NCBI GenBank assembly: GCA_028289305.1
Contig: JANQQO010000101.1
Span: forward strand, 1-31,618
From: Rickettsiales bacterium
GTDB taxonomy: Bacteria; Pseudomonadota; Alphaproteobacteria; Rickettsiales; JANQQO01
Direction of reading: 5' to 3'
DNA length: 31,618 nt
The notes beneath the pieces are model-generated. The model made no database searches, was not told the origin of the DNA, and saw only the letters and a program-made list of their open reading frames with translations. Positions 17,872-25,917 of this stretch are shown here, in pieces. Both the position numbers and the translations under genes were made by a program. Positions within the stretch are counted from its first letter, which is position 1, and each line of letters starts with the position of its first letter.

Positions 17872-18285
17872 TTATAGACTCTTAGTCTCAGCTTTGGCGA
17901 TTTCACGAATAAGTGTGAATAGGGCGTTCTGCAGCTGATGGTTTTGTATTCCATCCAGGCTACCTGCCACCTGAAGAGTCTTTTTATCAAAGGAGTAGAG
18001 GACACTGTGTAAAGTACTTTCGTAATCACCTATACCATCAAAGAAATCATCCAGTGAAACATCGAGCTGTTTACAGAGTGATAAAATGGCCTGAATAGGG
18101 ATGCGGTTATGCCCGCTCTCGTATTTTTGCACTTGCTGGTATGAGATATTGAGCATGGCAGCAACATCTTTCATGCTATACTTCTTCATGCGGCGTATTG
18201 CACGTACTCTCCCACCGAGCTCTTTATAGAAAGGCTCTACTTTTACTATTGGTTGTTTATATATATAAGAACCTCTTTGCTTCAT
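17872..18285 (-). CDS. XRE/HTH_3 transcriptional regulator
   Basis: 'LGGRVRAIRR..KYSMKDVAAML.ISYQQVQKYESGHNRI'; TAATG coupling to the upstream gene. Confidence 0.88.
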   Translation of the reverse strand: MKQRGSYIYKQPIVKVEPFYKELGGRVRAIRRMKKYSMKDVAAMLNISYQQVQKYESGHNRIPIQAILSLCKQLDVSLDDFFDGIGDYESTLHSVLYSFDKKTLQVAGSLDGIQNHQLQNALFTLIREIAKAETKSL

Positions 18286-18659
18286 TATAGTTTGGCCTTA
18301 CTGTTGGGTTGCCACCCTGCAGTGGTGCATGCTTTTTTGTGTTGCGGTAGTACAGTCTCCGGGCATGGAACATCGCTGCCCCAATTGCCGGTATTAATGG
18401 TAAGCACTTTGTGGCAATAGACCTGCTGCATCATGTCTTTGCAGGTGGTGACTTCGTCTTCATCTAGGCAGCGTGAGGCAAATACCTGACGCGCTTGTGC
18501 GGTTTCGGGCGGGCAGTACATGGAATAAGATACGCCACGTACGTCTTTATACCCCCCGTCTTTCTTGCCCCCGCTTTGTGCACATCCCACCAAAAGCAGC
18601 ATGAGAAGGCACCCTGCGAGCACACATTTTCTTGCTAAGTAATACGCTAGTTTTTTCAT
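18285..18659 (-). CDS. cysteine-rich lipoprotein
   Basis: Start reassigned to MKKLAYY (18659), giving a signal peptide with lipobox LVGC; six further Cys in the mature part. Confidence 0.65.
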   Translation of the reverse strand: MKKLAYYLARKCVLAGCLLMLLLVGCAQSGGKKDGGYKDVRGVSYSMYCPPETAQARQVFASRCLDEDEVTTCKDMMQQVYCHKVLTINTGNWGSDVPCPETVLPQHKKACTTAGWQPNSKAKL

Positions 18660-18847
18660 CTTCTTGTTCGTTTTTAGTTTGTACGTAACTTTTGTGGGCA
18701 TTCTAACCATAGGTTATGCCATTTGTAAACACAAAACGTCAGACTTTTTATAAAATTATTACGTTTTGTTGCTATTATAAGGGTATAAAAAGGGTGTTTT
18801 AGGCAGGTAAAAATGCCTATTATCAGTAAGATAGGGTATGGTGGAGG

Positions 18848-19045
18848 TTATTCTTCGGAGCGTGACTCTATTACTCTTTCGCGCCACATTTTTTGAGCAG
18901 TTTCTCTTCTTTCTTTGATCTGGCCACGAACACGCTGGCACCACGATAACGCTTCTTGACGTTTGCGTTCACTTTCTGTGTATACCGCCTTTGCGCGTTC
19001 GGTAGCAAGTTGAGCTATATCTTTTTCTTGATCGCTATCTGCCAA
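18848..19045 (-). CDS. small basic helical hypothetical protein
   Basis: AGAGAGGGG upstream; co-oriented between XRE and lipoprotein genes. Confidence 0.5.
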   Translation of the reverse strand: MADSDQEKDIAQLATERAKAVYTESERKRQEALSWCQRVRGQIKERRETAQKMWRERVIESRSEE

Positions 19046-19066
19046 TGTCCCCCCTCTTTCTTATGG

Positions 19067-19504
19067 TTATCGGCTTTTCTTGTGAGAAAGTGGCAGTGTT
19101 TCTACGAGGTGATCAATGAGATCGTTGCTGATGCTCTCTCCTGGTGATTTGTTGATTAGTGCTTTGTATAGATGGCCTGCAAGATAAGATTTTGCTTCTA
19201 TATCGCTTAAATCCAGCCCCCGCTCCGTAAAAATTTCTTCGGCTTTACGCATGGCAATGGCATGCACTTTGTCATCAAGTACCTTCGAACTATCTTGGGG
19301 CGTTCCTTTTCCTGTGTAAAGCCAGATCCAGTCTACATCCAGCAGATCTGCATAATGTCGAGCGACCGGCTCTTTGATACCGCGATACCCACCTTCATGC
19401 GCACGGTAAGTGCCGATGGGAACACCCGTTTCTTTGCAGAAATCACTTTGCGTTTTATATTTTTGTTTCCGCGCGTGCTTTAATCTGTCTTTGATTTCCA
19501 TCAT
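19067..19504 (-). CDS. phage repressor-like XRE HTH protein without an S24 peptidase domain
   Basis: 'KDRLKHARK...TQSDF...GVPIGTYRAHEGG.R', 'VDWIWLYTGKG'. Confidence 0.82.
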   Translation of the reverse strand: MMEIKDRLKHARKQKYKTQSDFCKETGVPIGTYRAHEGGYRGIKEPVARHYADLLDVDWIWLYTGKGTPQDSSKVLDDKVHAIAMRKAEEIFTERGLDLSDIEAKSYLAGHLYKALINKSPGESISNDLIDHLVETLPLSHKKSR

Positions 19505-19564
19505 GATATGAAGTGTATCATATTAAGCGAAAAACCACTACATTATGTCGATTGTAGTCAGGAA

Positions 19565-20443
19565 ATGTTACGTAATGAAAGAGCCTTCGCATCGATGACG
19601 CTACGTGATAAAAAAGTTGGCATTTTATGGATGGTTTTTACAGCATTCTGGACTGCAGTAATGCTTGTTTTGATTAAGCATTTATCTCATACGGGACTGA
19701 ATACCTTCATTGTTGTTGCGTTACGAAACGTCCTTTCGTTGCTCATTTTCATGTTATTTATAAGCAGGTTACGTATACCAAAAACCACCATGCAGATTCC
19801 TTATTTTTGGCGCGGGGTGGTGGGTATTAGCTCCATGTTGCTATGGACATATGCACTGACGCTTATTGCCGCTTCTGAGGTGACTGCGTTAAGCTATACC
19901 GTTCCCATATTCACGGCGCTGTTGGCAATTTCTGTGTTTAAGGAAAAGCTAAGGATGCACCATGTTATTGGGTTAGTATCGGGAATAATAGGTACGCTTA
20001 TCGTGCTACGACCTGGAACAGAGGCATTTCACTATGCGGGTCTATTGGTTTTAGCCTCCTCACTATTATGGGCGTTGGTAAACCTGATGATAAAGCGTTT
20101 TACTCAGACAGATTCAACCGCCACTATTGTGTTTTATACGTGGGTAATGCTTTCACTTTTATCGATACCAGTAGCAATAGTGACCTGGCAAACACCCACA
20201 TTGGAACAATGGTGCTGGATTGTAGCATTAGGAGTGGTTTCTAATTTAGCTATGTTTTCTTGGGCAAATGCCTATGCAAAAGCTGATTTGGTGGTGTTGA
20301 TGCCATTTGATTTTACGCGGTTGATCTTTGTATCGGTGTTGGCATACGCAGTTTTTAATGAGTCGGTTGACCTCTTGACGATCATAGGCGCTATCATCAT
20401 TTTGTGTAGCACCACCTATGCGGCAAAAAAAGAAGCCACTTAA
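19565..20443 (+). CDS. DMT/EamA-family transporter
   Basis: About 10 hydrophobic segments, 'ASEVTALSYTVPIF..LLA', 'KEKL', 'MPFDFTRLIF'. Start 19565 or 19595; 19508 is too close to the divergent gene. Confidence 0.9.
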   Translation: MLRNERAFASMTLRDKKVGILWMVFTAFWTAVMLVLIKHLSHTGLNTFIVVALRNVLSLLIFMLFISRLRIPKTTMQIPYFWRGVVGISSMLLWTYALTLIAASEVTALSYTVPIFTALLAISVFKEKLRMHHVIGLVSGIIGTLIVLRPGTEAFHYAGLLVLASSLLWALVNLMIKRFTQTDSTATIVFYTWVMLSLLSIPVAIVTWQTPTLEQWCWIVALGVVSNLAMFSWANAYAKADLVVLMPFDFTRLIFVSVLAYAVFNESVDLLTIIGAIIILCSTTYAAKKEAT

Positions 20444-20464
20444 AAACGTTTTTTCTCTGTTTCG

Positions 20465-20497
20465 TTAACCATTTATTAACCTTTCTTATGGTATAAT
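20465..20497 (+). promoter_or_regulatory. CtrA box TTAA-N7-TTAAC at the -35 position plus TATAAT
   Basis: TTAA CCATTTA TTAAC (20465-20480), including the TTAACCAT half-site; TGG-TATAAT at 20492-20497. Confidence 0.75.
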
Positions 20498-20536
20498 CCG
20501 CCATATATTAGGTAATAATGGGTAGGAAGATTAAGA

Positions 20537-20875
20537 ATGGCAGACTCCAGCACAAATATGGATGCTGTAAATAAGGAAAAACAGTTGTTTAACAAGCTGT
20601 TGCTCTTTTATGATATTGCCGAAAAGATGTTGGATGCTGTTGAGAGCGATACCGTAGAGAATGGTGAACAGCAGTTTGCTATTTCAGAATCGATGATGCA
20701 GCAAATACAGGACACAACGGATGCGCTGACAGAGGAATTCACACATTTTTGTGATAATGATCTGCAGCCAGACCCTCAAATTTCGAGGAAAATGGACGCT
20801 GCGATACGTCAATTCTTTGCTGAGATGGATCAGTTTAAAGAGAGGGTACAAAAACTTGCGGCAGAAGCGAATTAG
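20537..20875 (+). CDS. acidic all-helical hypothetical protein
   Basis: First ORF after the CtrA promoter, with a purine-rich RBS; no recognised family. Confidence 0.7.
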   Translation: MADSSTNMDAVNKEKQLFNKLLLFYDIAEKMLDAVESDTVENGEQQFAISESMMQQIQDTTDALTEEFTHFCDNDLQPDPQISRKMDAAIRQFFAEMDQFKERVQKLAAEAN

Positions 20876-20886
20876 GGGAGTAAGAA

Positions 20887-21156
20887 ATGGTACAAGGTGT
20901 AAAAAGTACTGAACCTCATGGCCCGCTGCGTAGAGGTATTGCAGAAGCAGGTGAACAGCTTGGTCCAGGGCGTGGCCAGGTTTTGTGCGACCTTGCTGTA
21001 GAGGCTATTACATTAATGGTAGAAATGGCAGAAAGACTTAGAAGCGACTATCGTCTTACAGATCCAAGTGCAGTACCAGATCGTGATTTGGCAAGAAAAC
21101 TTAATCGTGAGCAGATCACCAAAGAGCAGGGTGTTGGCACGCATAAGGAGCTTTAA
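20887..21156 (+). CDS. hypothetical protein
   Basis: GGGGAG RBS; TAATG coupling to the next gene. Confidence 0.6.
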   Translation: MVQGVKSTEPHGPLRRGIAEAGEQLGPGRGQVLCDLAVEAITLMVEMAERLRSDYRLTDPSAVPDRDLARKLNREQITKEQGVGTHKEL

Positions 21157-22676
21157 TGTCCACCTCCAGTTATGATTCTGTAAAGCAGCTCGTTGCTAGC
21201 AAGGAGTTGCGGATTATTGGGATTGAAGCACCTGCACGGACGAGTTCTACAACATTAGAAATTGCGCTGTCGGAAAGCCCAAGCGTACATACCCATTCTA
21301 GCCAACCTTTTCATATACCAAACGAGAATCCTGACGGTTCCACGCCTTCAGTGGATAACCCATATATCCCTATAGAGAACAGGGAAGAGAGGGCATATAG
21401 TCTGATATTGGAGACATTTGAACGCGGTAAGGCTACTAACAGTGATCGTCCTGTTGTTGTGGTGGTAAAGGAGATGTCTCGCAATTTGGGGATTGGTGAT
21501 CAATTTTCTCGCTGGGTAGAATTAACAGACAAAAATGTACTGATGGTGCGTGATCCACAGTTAAGTGTGGAATCGATTATCCGTTTGCAGCTTCATGATC
21601 TTGAGGAAAGACAGGCTGTGCTTACGCAGGACATTAATCAATATGCTAAAGATCGTGGTTTTGAAGATATTATCGGCGAGCAGCAGGGGTGGCGCGGAGG
21701 AGAGATTGGCTTAGGGCAACATTGGCGTAAAATGGTTCACATTCTTGTCGGTACGGAGAGCGAGATAGGAAAAAGAGAATACGGTGATTTTACAGATATC
21801 TTGCAAGAATTTTCCACCCATTGGGATTTAAACTCTCAGCAGGGTAGCGTGTTGGCAGATTTTATTACGCAGATAACAGATGAAGATGCACAAAAATTAG
21901 GCCACGCCTCGTTAAACGCTTTTGCCAAATCATCGGGACATGCGAATTGGGGAACCATGCTCGCGACAACCCTGCGTGCGGAGCAGATTAATGTAAGTGC
22001 ATTTCAGCCGTTCTTAGATCGTATATTTTCTGCGAGTTGTACCGGGTGGAGGCATACAGAAACTATCGCGCAGAAGATTGAGGGCCATGATTATGTGGTA
22101 GTAGATGCTTCTGTTTTGCGCACCCACCCGGAGGATATACTACAAGAATTAACGCAATTCCTGGATATTGACTATGTCCCCACCATGGCTAAAGGCTGGC
22201 AAAAAGCTAATAGACAACACTTTGATACCAGCGCATTTGAGCCAGGGTTTTTGTCGGCGTTTGCGCGTGCCAGAGGATCGGATGCGATAGAGCCACCAAG
22301 AGAATCACCCATTATATCCGCTGCTTTTCCACCACAATTCGCAGACCACCTGAAAGAGACAGCGTTTCCTACCTATATTGGTCTACTGAGCGACGAAAAA
22401 GCCGTTCGACCACATGGCAAAGAAGCGCTTAATACACTCTTTGATACGGCTATTGGTGGTGCTGCATTGAGAGATATTGACCCTGTATTCGCGTATAGTA
22501 TGGTTATTACGGATATGAATCTGGCAAAGGATGATAAATCTGCAATGCTGGCAGAGATCCGAACAAAATATGCTAAGGATTTTGGTGATGTGTTTGATCG
22601 TATTGATGAAATAGCAGCAGAACTAGAGATGGGAAATAGAATAGGGAGAAGGCAGGATGGGACTGTCGGAAGATAA
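21156..22676 (+). CDS. sulfotransferase-like P-loop protein (Sulfotransfer_5-like) with a large insertion
   Basis: 'PARTSSTTL...SQPF', 'VVKEM', 'LMVRDPQLSVES', 'VVVDASVLRTHPEDILQELTQFLDIDY' parallel the PSB-loop/RDP architecture. Confidence 0.6.
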   Translation: MSTSSYDSVKQLVASKELRIIGIEAPARTSSTTLEIALSESPSVHTHSSQPFHIPNENPDGSTPSVDNPYIPIENREERAYSLILETFERGKATNSDRPVVVVVKEMSRNLGIGDQFSRWVELTDKNVLMVRDPQLSVESIIRLQLHDLEERQAVLTQDINQYAKDRGFEDIIGEQQGWRGGEIGLGQHWRKMVHILVGTESEIGKREYGDFTDILQEFSTHWDLNSQQGSVLADFITQITDEDAQKLGHASLNAFAKSSGHANWGTMLATTLRAEQINVSAFQPFLDRIFSASCTGWRHTETIAQKIEGHDYVVVDASVLRTHPEDILQELTQFLDIDYVPTMAKGWQKANRQHFDTSAFEPGFLSAFARARGSDAIEPPRESPIISAAFPPQFADHLKETAFPTYIGLLSDEKAVRPHGKEALNTLFDTAIGGAALRDIDPVFAYSMVITDMNLAKDDKSAMLAEIRTKYAKDFGDVFDRIDEIAAELEMGNRIGRRQDGTVGR

Positions 22677-22932
22677 AATAGAAAAGATTGCACAGCGTAA
22701 AGTAGAAGACTACATGCAGGATGTGCTCGTGAAGCATGTGTTGCAGGCAGAAACAGATGCTTCAGTGGTAATGAAGGCAGTGCATGAGGATGCTTTAAAG
22801 AGCTGTGTCTTCAACGATTCTGATATCAGCAAAGAAGACCTTGCGGCGCTACAAAACGCCTTGAAGCAAGAGATTGACCGTTATTTCAAAGCTATTCTTC
22901 GCAAAGTAGAGGGAAAGACCGAGGAGTTTTAG
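22657..22932 (+). CDS. hypothetical helical protein
   Basis: Overlaps the 3' end of the preceding gene; purine-rich upstream region. Confidence 0.55.
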   Translation: MGLSEDKIEKIAQRKVEDYMQDVLVKHVLQAETDASVVMKAVHEDALKSCVFNDSDISKEDLAALQNALKQEIDRYFKAILRKVEGKTEEF

Positions 22933-23197
22933 TAAAAGCGGTGATTGCAGGGGCCACCATTATTGCCATAGCAATTATTTTTTCTTAGAAATCATCGATT
23001 ATCAGGTCATCTCTTCTCAGGCTGTATTTACTAGCACTGACCCTTTCTCTGCACCTTTGTGATGAGTTGCTCTAATTATTCCTACAACTCTTAGTTGGTT
23101 TTTTCTTGCATCTTGGTGTCGCAATTATGTATATATCATGTACATATAAATCTGCATGGGGTGCATATCATACAAGAAAGACTGAGAAGACGCTATT

Positions 23198-23929
23198 ATG
23201 CCTTTGCCAGAAAGGGAATATTTCGATTTGTCTGCGCTTGCAAAGCGGTGGCAAACAACCGTTCAAGATGTTCAGCATTATGCGGAAACGGGTAAATTGC
23301 GTTGTTCTGTATGGCTTGACCAAATATCAGTAGAAACAGGGGTATTTAAAAAACGGGCTAATGGCCAAAAGCTATTCGAACCACTTGAGAAGCTCTATAT
23401 TGAGGGTTTTGTAGGGATTAGACCAGAGGATTGTCGGCGTTTGTTCCGAAACGAGCGTGCTAGTACCACTGTTTTTGTCTCGCTCAAGCAGGAAAATCTC
23501 TATCTACATATCACTAGGGAAACCGAGGCCAAGATCGCTATTGAGCCAAAAGATTTAGTGGTGAGGGCTATTGATCGCGATCATTTTGAGCGTATCAATG
23601 GTCTAGGCACCGGCGTTTCATCCATTTTGGTAAATGGATTTTGTGAGAATGGGGGTGTTTTTGAGCGTTCTAAGAAATTCTCTCACAGCGCAGACTTTAC
23701 TACCGTGACTATTTCAGGAGAAATCTTTCGTTTTGGTATGATTCAAGCCAAAATTGTGAGTTTGCTTTATGGTGCTTATACGCGTGGTGATCCATGGGTG
23801 CACGGCAAAACGCTGCTTTATAATGCGGGGTCGCAAAGTGAGCGCATAAAAAGCATATTCCAGAGCAAACCTAGCTGGCGCAAGCTCATAAAATCCGATG
23901 GACGCGGTTATTACGCGCTTGATCTATAG
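23198..23929 (+). CDS. putative DNA-binding protein typical of alphaproteobacterial prophage-like elements
   Basis: N-terminal HTH-like 'YFDLSALAKRWQTTVQDV..YAETGKL'; C-terminal winged-helix-like 'FRFGMIQAKIV..L...PWVHGK.LL..AGS....IKSIF...W..LIKSDGRGYYAL'. Confidence 0.65.
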   Translation: MPLPEREYFDLSALAKRWQTTVQDVQHYAETGKLRCSVWLDQISVETGVFKKRANGQKLFEPLEKLYIEGFVGIRPEDCRRLFRNERASTTVFVSLKQENLYLHITRETEAKIAIEPKDLVVRAIDRDHFERINGLGTGVSSILVNGFCENGGVFERSKKFSHSADFTTVTISGEIFRFGMIQAKIVSLLYGAYTRGDPWVHGKTLLYNAGSQSERIKSIFQSKPSWRKLIKSDGRGYYALDL

Positions 23930-23944
23930 CGCGTGCGATGCCCG

Positions 23945-24090
23945 CAGACCACTCCACCACCACATATCCCCCACTCATCATCCAGTAAGATAGTTGACCT
24001 TATAGAAACATCCTTTTTCTCTTGGGGTGTGGGATGATGTGCATCGTCCAATAAACCGCCATCAGACCTCACGACATCCCCACCCATCAT
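23945..24090. repeat. CCCC-AC-CATCAT direct and inverted repeats
   Basis: ATCCCCCACTCATCAT (23966-23981), ATCCCCACCCATCAT (24076-24090), and related GGGGTGTGGGATGATG on the opposite strand (24024-24039); both direct copies are preceded by CAGACC. Confidence 0.7.
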
Positions 24091-24133
24091 TTGTCAGTCT
24101 TCCGTTCGAACAGTTCAAACAACGGAGGCAAAA

Positions 24134-24346
24134 ATGAACGATTCAAAACATCCAAGAATTACTCTGAAAGATATCCGGCATATATCTGTAGAAACGTTAA
24201 TCAAGCTTGATATTACCCAACTGCGAAGTCTTGAAGAAGAGGCCGATAAGGAACTCTATGCAGCAGGCACCCAATTGGAGTGGGTGCGCGGAATTATCAC
24301 AAAGAAGCTTCGCGATACGTCGATTTCCAAAAAATCCGCCTCTTGA
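24134..24346 (+). CDS. small hypothetical phage-element protein
   Basis: GGAGG RBS; 'RITLKDIR...LRSLEEEA...LEWVRG' resembles small early proteins of such elements. Confidence 0.65.
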   Translation: MNDSKHPRITLKDIRHISVETLIKLDITQLRSLEEEADKELYAAGTQLEWVRGIITKKLRDTSISKKSAS

Positions 24347-24354
24347 GGTTCATG

Positions 24355-25515
24355 ATGTCAATGGAATGGTACAGGGCGTATCACGGTATGCCACATGATC
24401 CCAAATTGCAGGTAGTAGCAAAGCGTAGCAAGCAGCCTATGGCTTTTGTGGTGGCAGTTTGGGTCTACATACTCGATGCTGCCTCACAGCATGATCCTCG
24501 CGGTATGGTCGAGATTGATCCAGAAGAGGTGGCGGTCATCCAGGACATCGATCTGGAGGTGGTGGAAACCATTCTGGATGTGCTCACATCCAAGAAGCTT
24601 ATCGACGACGAAGGCAATGTAGTGAACTGGCATAAGCGCCAGCACACCACATCCACCGAGCGCTCTAAGAAGAGCCGCGAGAAAAAGAAGCGCGATGCAG
24701 CGGCAAGCAACAGCAAACAGTGCCGTGCAACGACACACAGCGCAGAACGACGGAAAAAAGGTAAAAAACACCCAGATACAGATAAAGATACAGAAGCAGA
24801 TTTAGATACAGATCAGATTACACATACAGATTTAAAAAACAGAGCGAGAGAAGAAAAGAGGGAGTCACAGGGAGAAAAACAGCAAATCAGTGGAAAAGGT
24901 ACAGAGCAGAACAAAACACAAATTCTTCAACAAATGGCAGATATCTGGAATGAAAAGGTTCAGAGTAAGATCACACCAAGCCAAAATGTCATACTCACAC
25001 CTAAACGCAAAGAGCTGCTGGCAGCCAGATGGGTAGATGAATTTGCGGAGGATATAAGAGGTTGGCGCTATTTCTGTGAGGTTATCGGCACATCGGATTT
25101 TTGTCTCGGTAGGATTAAAGGTAAGGACTGGACGATTGACTTGACCTGGGCGATCCAGTCGCCCGATCGTGTAGCAAAAATCCTTGAAGGTGGTTTTTCC
25201 GGAGGCAAGCATCCTCCCAAGCCGCCATCATGTACTATCCCTGAATTCCAGGATGCATGGGATGAAGTCATCAAGCGGATGGTACATCACCACGGCTCCG
25301 CAGCTATCCGCAGCTGGTTTACGAGCACCGTTATCACAACCCCCATCGATACGCCGGATGGTGTGATGCTTACACTTGAATGTCCTCGTGAGTTTGTGTG
25401 TGGCTGGATTGAAGAACATTATCTCAACGATCTAAATTTCTACTGGTCTGAGCAATCGCAAATTTCTCACACAGTGGTCGGCATTCAGCTTGCAGTGCGG
25501 GGGAGTCGGACATGA
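24355..25515 (+). CDS. phage-type replication initiator with a C-terminal DnaA domain-I-like region
   Basis: N-terminal 'W.RAYHGMPHDPKL..VA', 'NWHKRQ....ERSKKSR' replisome-organiser-like; DTD repeats; C-terminal 'W..V..RM....G.AA.RSWF...LTLECPREFVCGWIEEHY'. Start 24355 (or 24352) follows GAGG. Confidence 0.75.
   Translation: MSMEWYRAYHGMPHDPKLQVVAKRSKQPMAFVVAVWVYILDAASQHDPRGMVEIDPEEVAVIQDIDLEVVETILDVLTSKKLIDDEGNVVNWHKRQHTTSTERSKKSREKKKRDAAASNSKQCRATTHSAERRKKGKKHPDTDKDTEADLDTDQITHTDLKNRAREEKRESQGEKQQISGKGTEQNKTQILQQMADIWNEKVQSKITPSQNVILTPKRKELLAARWVDEFAEDIRGWRYFCEVIGTSDFCLGRIKGKDWTIDLTWAIQSPDRVAKILEGGFSGGKHPPKPPSCTIPEFQDAWDEVIKRMVHHHGSAAIRSWFTSTVITTPIDTPDGVMLTLECPREFVCGWIEEHYLNDLNFYWSEQSQISHTVVGIQLAVRGSRT
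24774..24833 (+). repeat. AGATACAGA iteron-like repeats within the rep gene
   Basis: AGATACAGA at 24774, 24786 and 24804; ACATACAGA at 24822. Confidence 0.65.
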
Positions 25516-25916
25516 ATGATAATTTCAAAAAATGGACCGTGACTGACGTTGCTGACCGATTCGAGGAAGCAGCACTGACTCTAAAGCGTATGCCACCAGT
25601 GCGGATAAAAGGGTATTTCAGCACGTGGCCGGAGATCGTGCATACTACGATGGAAAAGCTGCAATGCGACCGGCGACCGCTGCGTATGGGGCCACCATCG
25701 CCAGATGCTATTAGTCGGATGGAAGAAACTATTCAGTGGATTTTCTGGCTCGATGGAGAGGAGGAGCGAAAGCTTATATGGCTTCGTGCGGCTCGCGTGC
25801 CCTGGAAATCGATATATTGGCGTCTTGGCTGCGGGCGTACCAAGGCATGGCAGATGTGGACATACGCGCTTCTGAAGATTGTTACTCGCCTTAATGCAAG
25901 GCAGGAAGGGCGTTAG
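25512..25916 (+). CDS. DUF6362-family protein (putative phage transcription regulator)
   Basis: 'W....VADRFEEAA.TLKRMP.VR.KGYFSTWPE', 'PPSP.AISRMEET..W', 'IWLRA....WK.I..RLG..R..AW..W..AL..I..RLN'. Confidence 0.8.
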   Translation: MNDNFKKWTVTDVADRFEEAALTLKRMPPVRIKGYFSTWPEIVHTTMEKLQCDRRPLRMGPPSPDAISRMEETIQWIFWLDGEEERKLIWLRAARVPWKSIYWRLGCGRTKAWQMWTYALLKIVTRLNARQEGR

Positions 25917-25917
25917 G

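Noticed and set aside
19508-19564. ORF-track start of the DMT gene
   Set aside because: Only 3 nt from the divergent repressor start and covers the palindromic control region; a downstream ATG is more plausible.
2215-23096. 13-bp identity ACAACTCTTAGTT at 2215-2227 and 23084-23096 as a possible att or operator pair
   Set aside because: Several 13-mer pair matches are expected by chance in 31 kb, it has no relation to the tRNA, and the flanks do not extend.
22933-23197. Expected attL (tRNA 3' duplicate) at the left edge of the compact element; GAGTTG-N15-CAACTC inverted repeat at 23064-23090
   Set aside because: No tRNA-derived sequence found; the 6-bp repeat alone cannot be called an att site.
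23106-23333. Short ORFs 23095-23295 and 23106-23333
   Set aside because: Overlap the promoter region and the 5' end of the better-supported 23198 gene; no motifs.
23940-24835. Repeats as a possible CRISPR array or DGR
   Set aside because: No constant repeat-spacer periodicity, no cas or reverse transcriptase genes, and no template/variable repeat pair seen.
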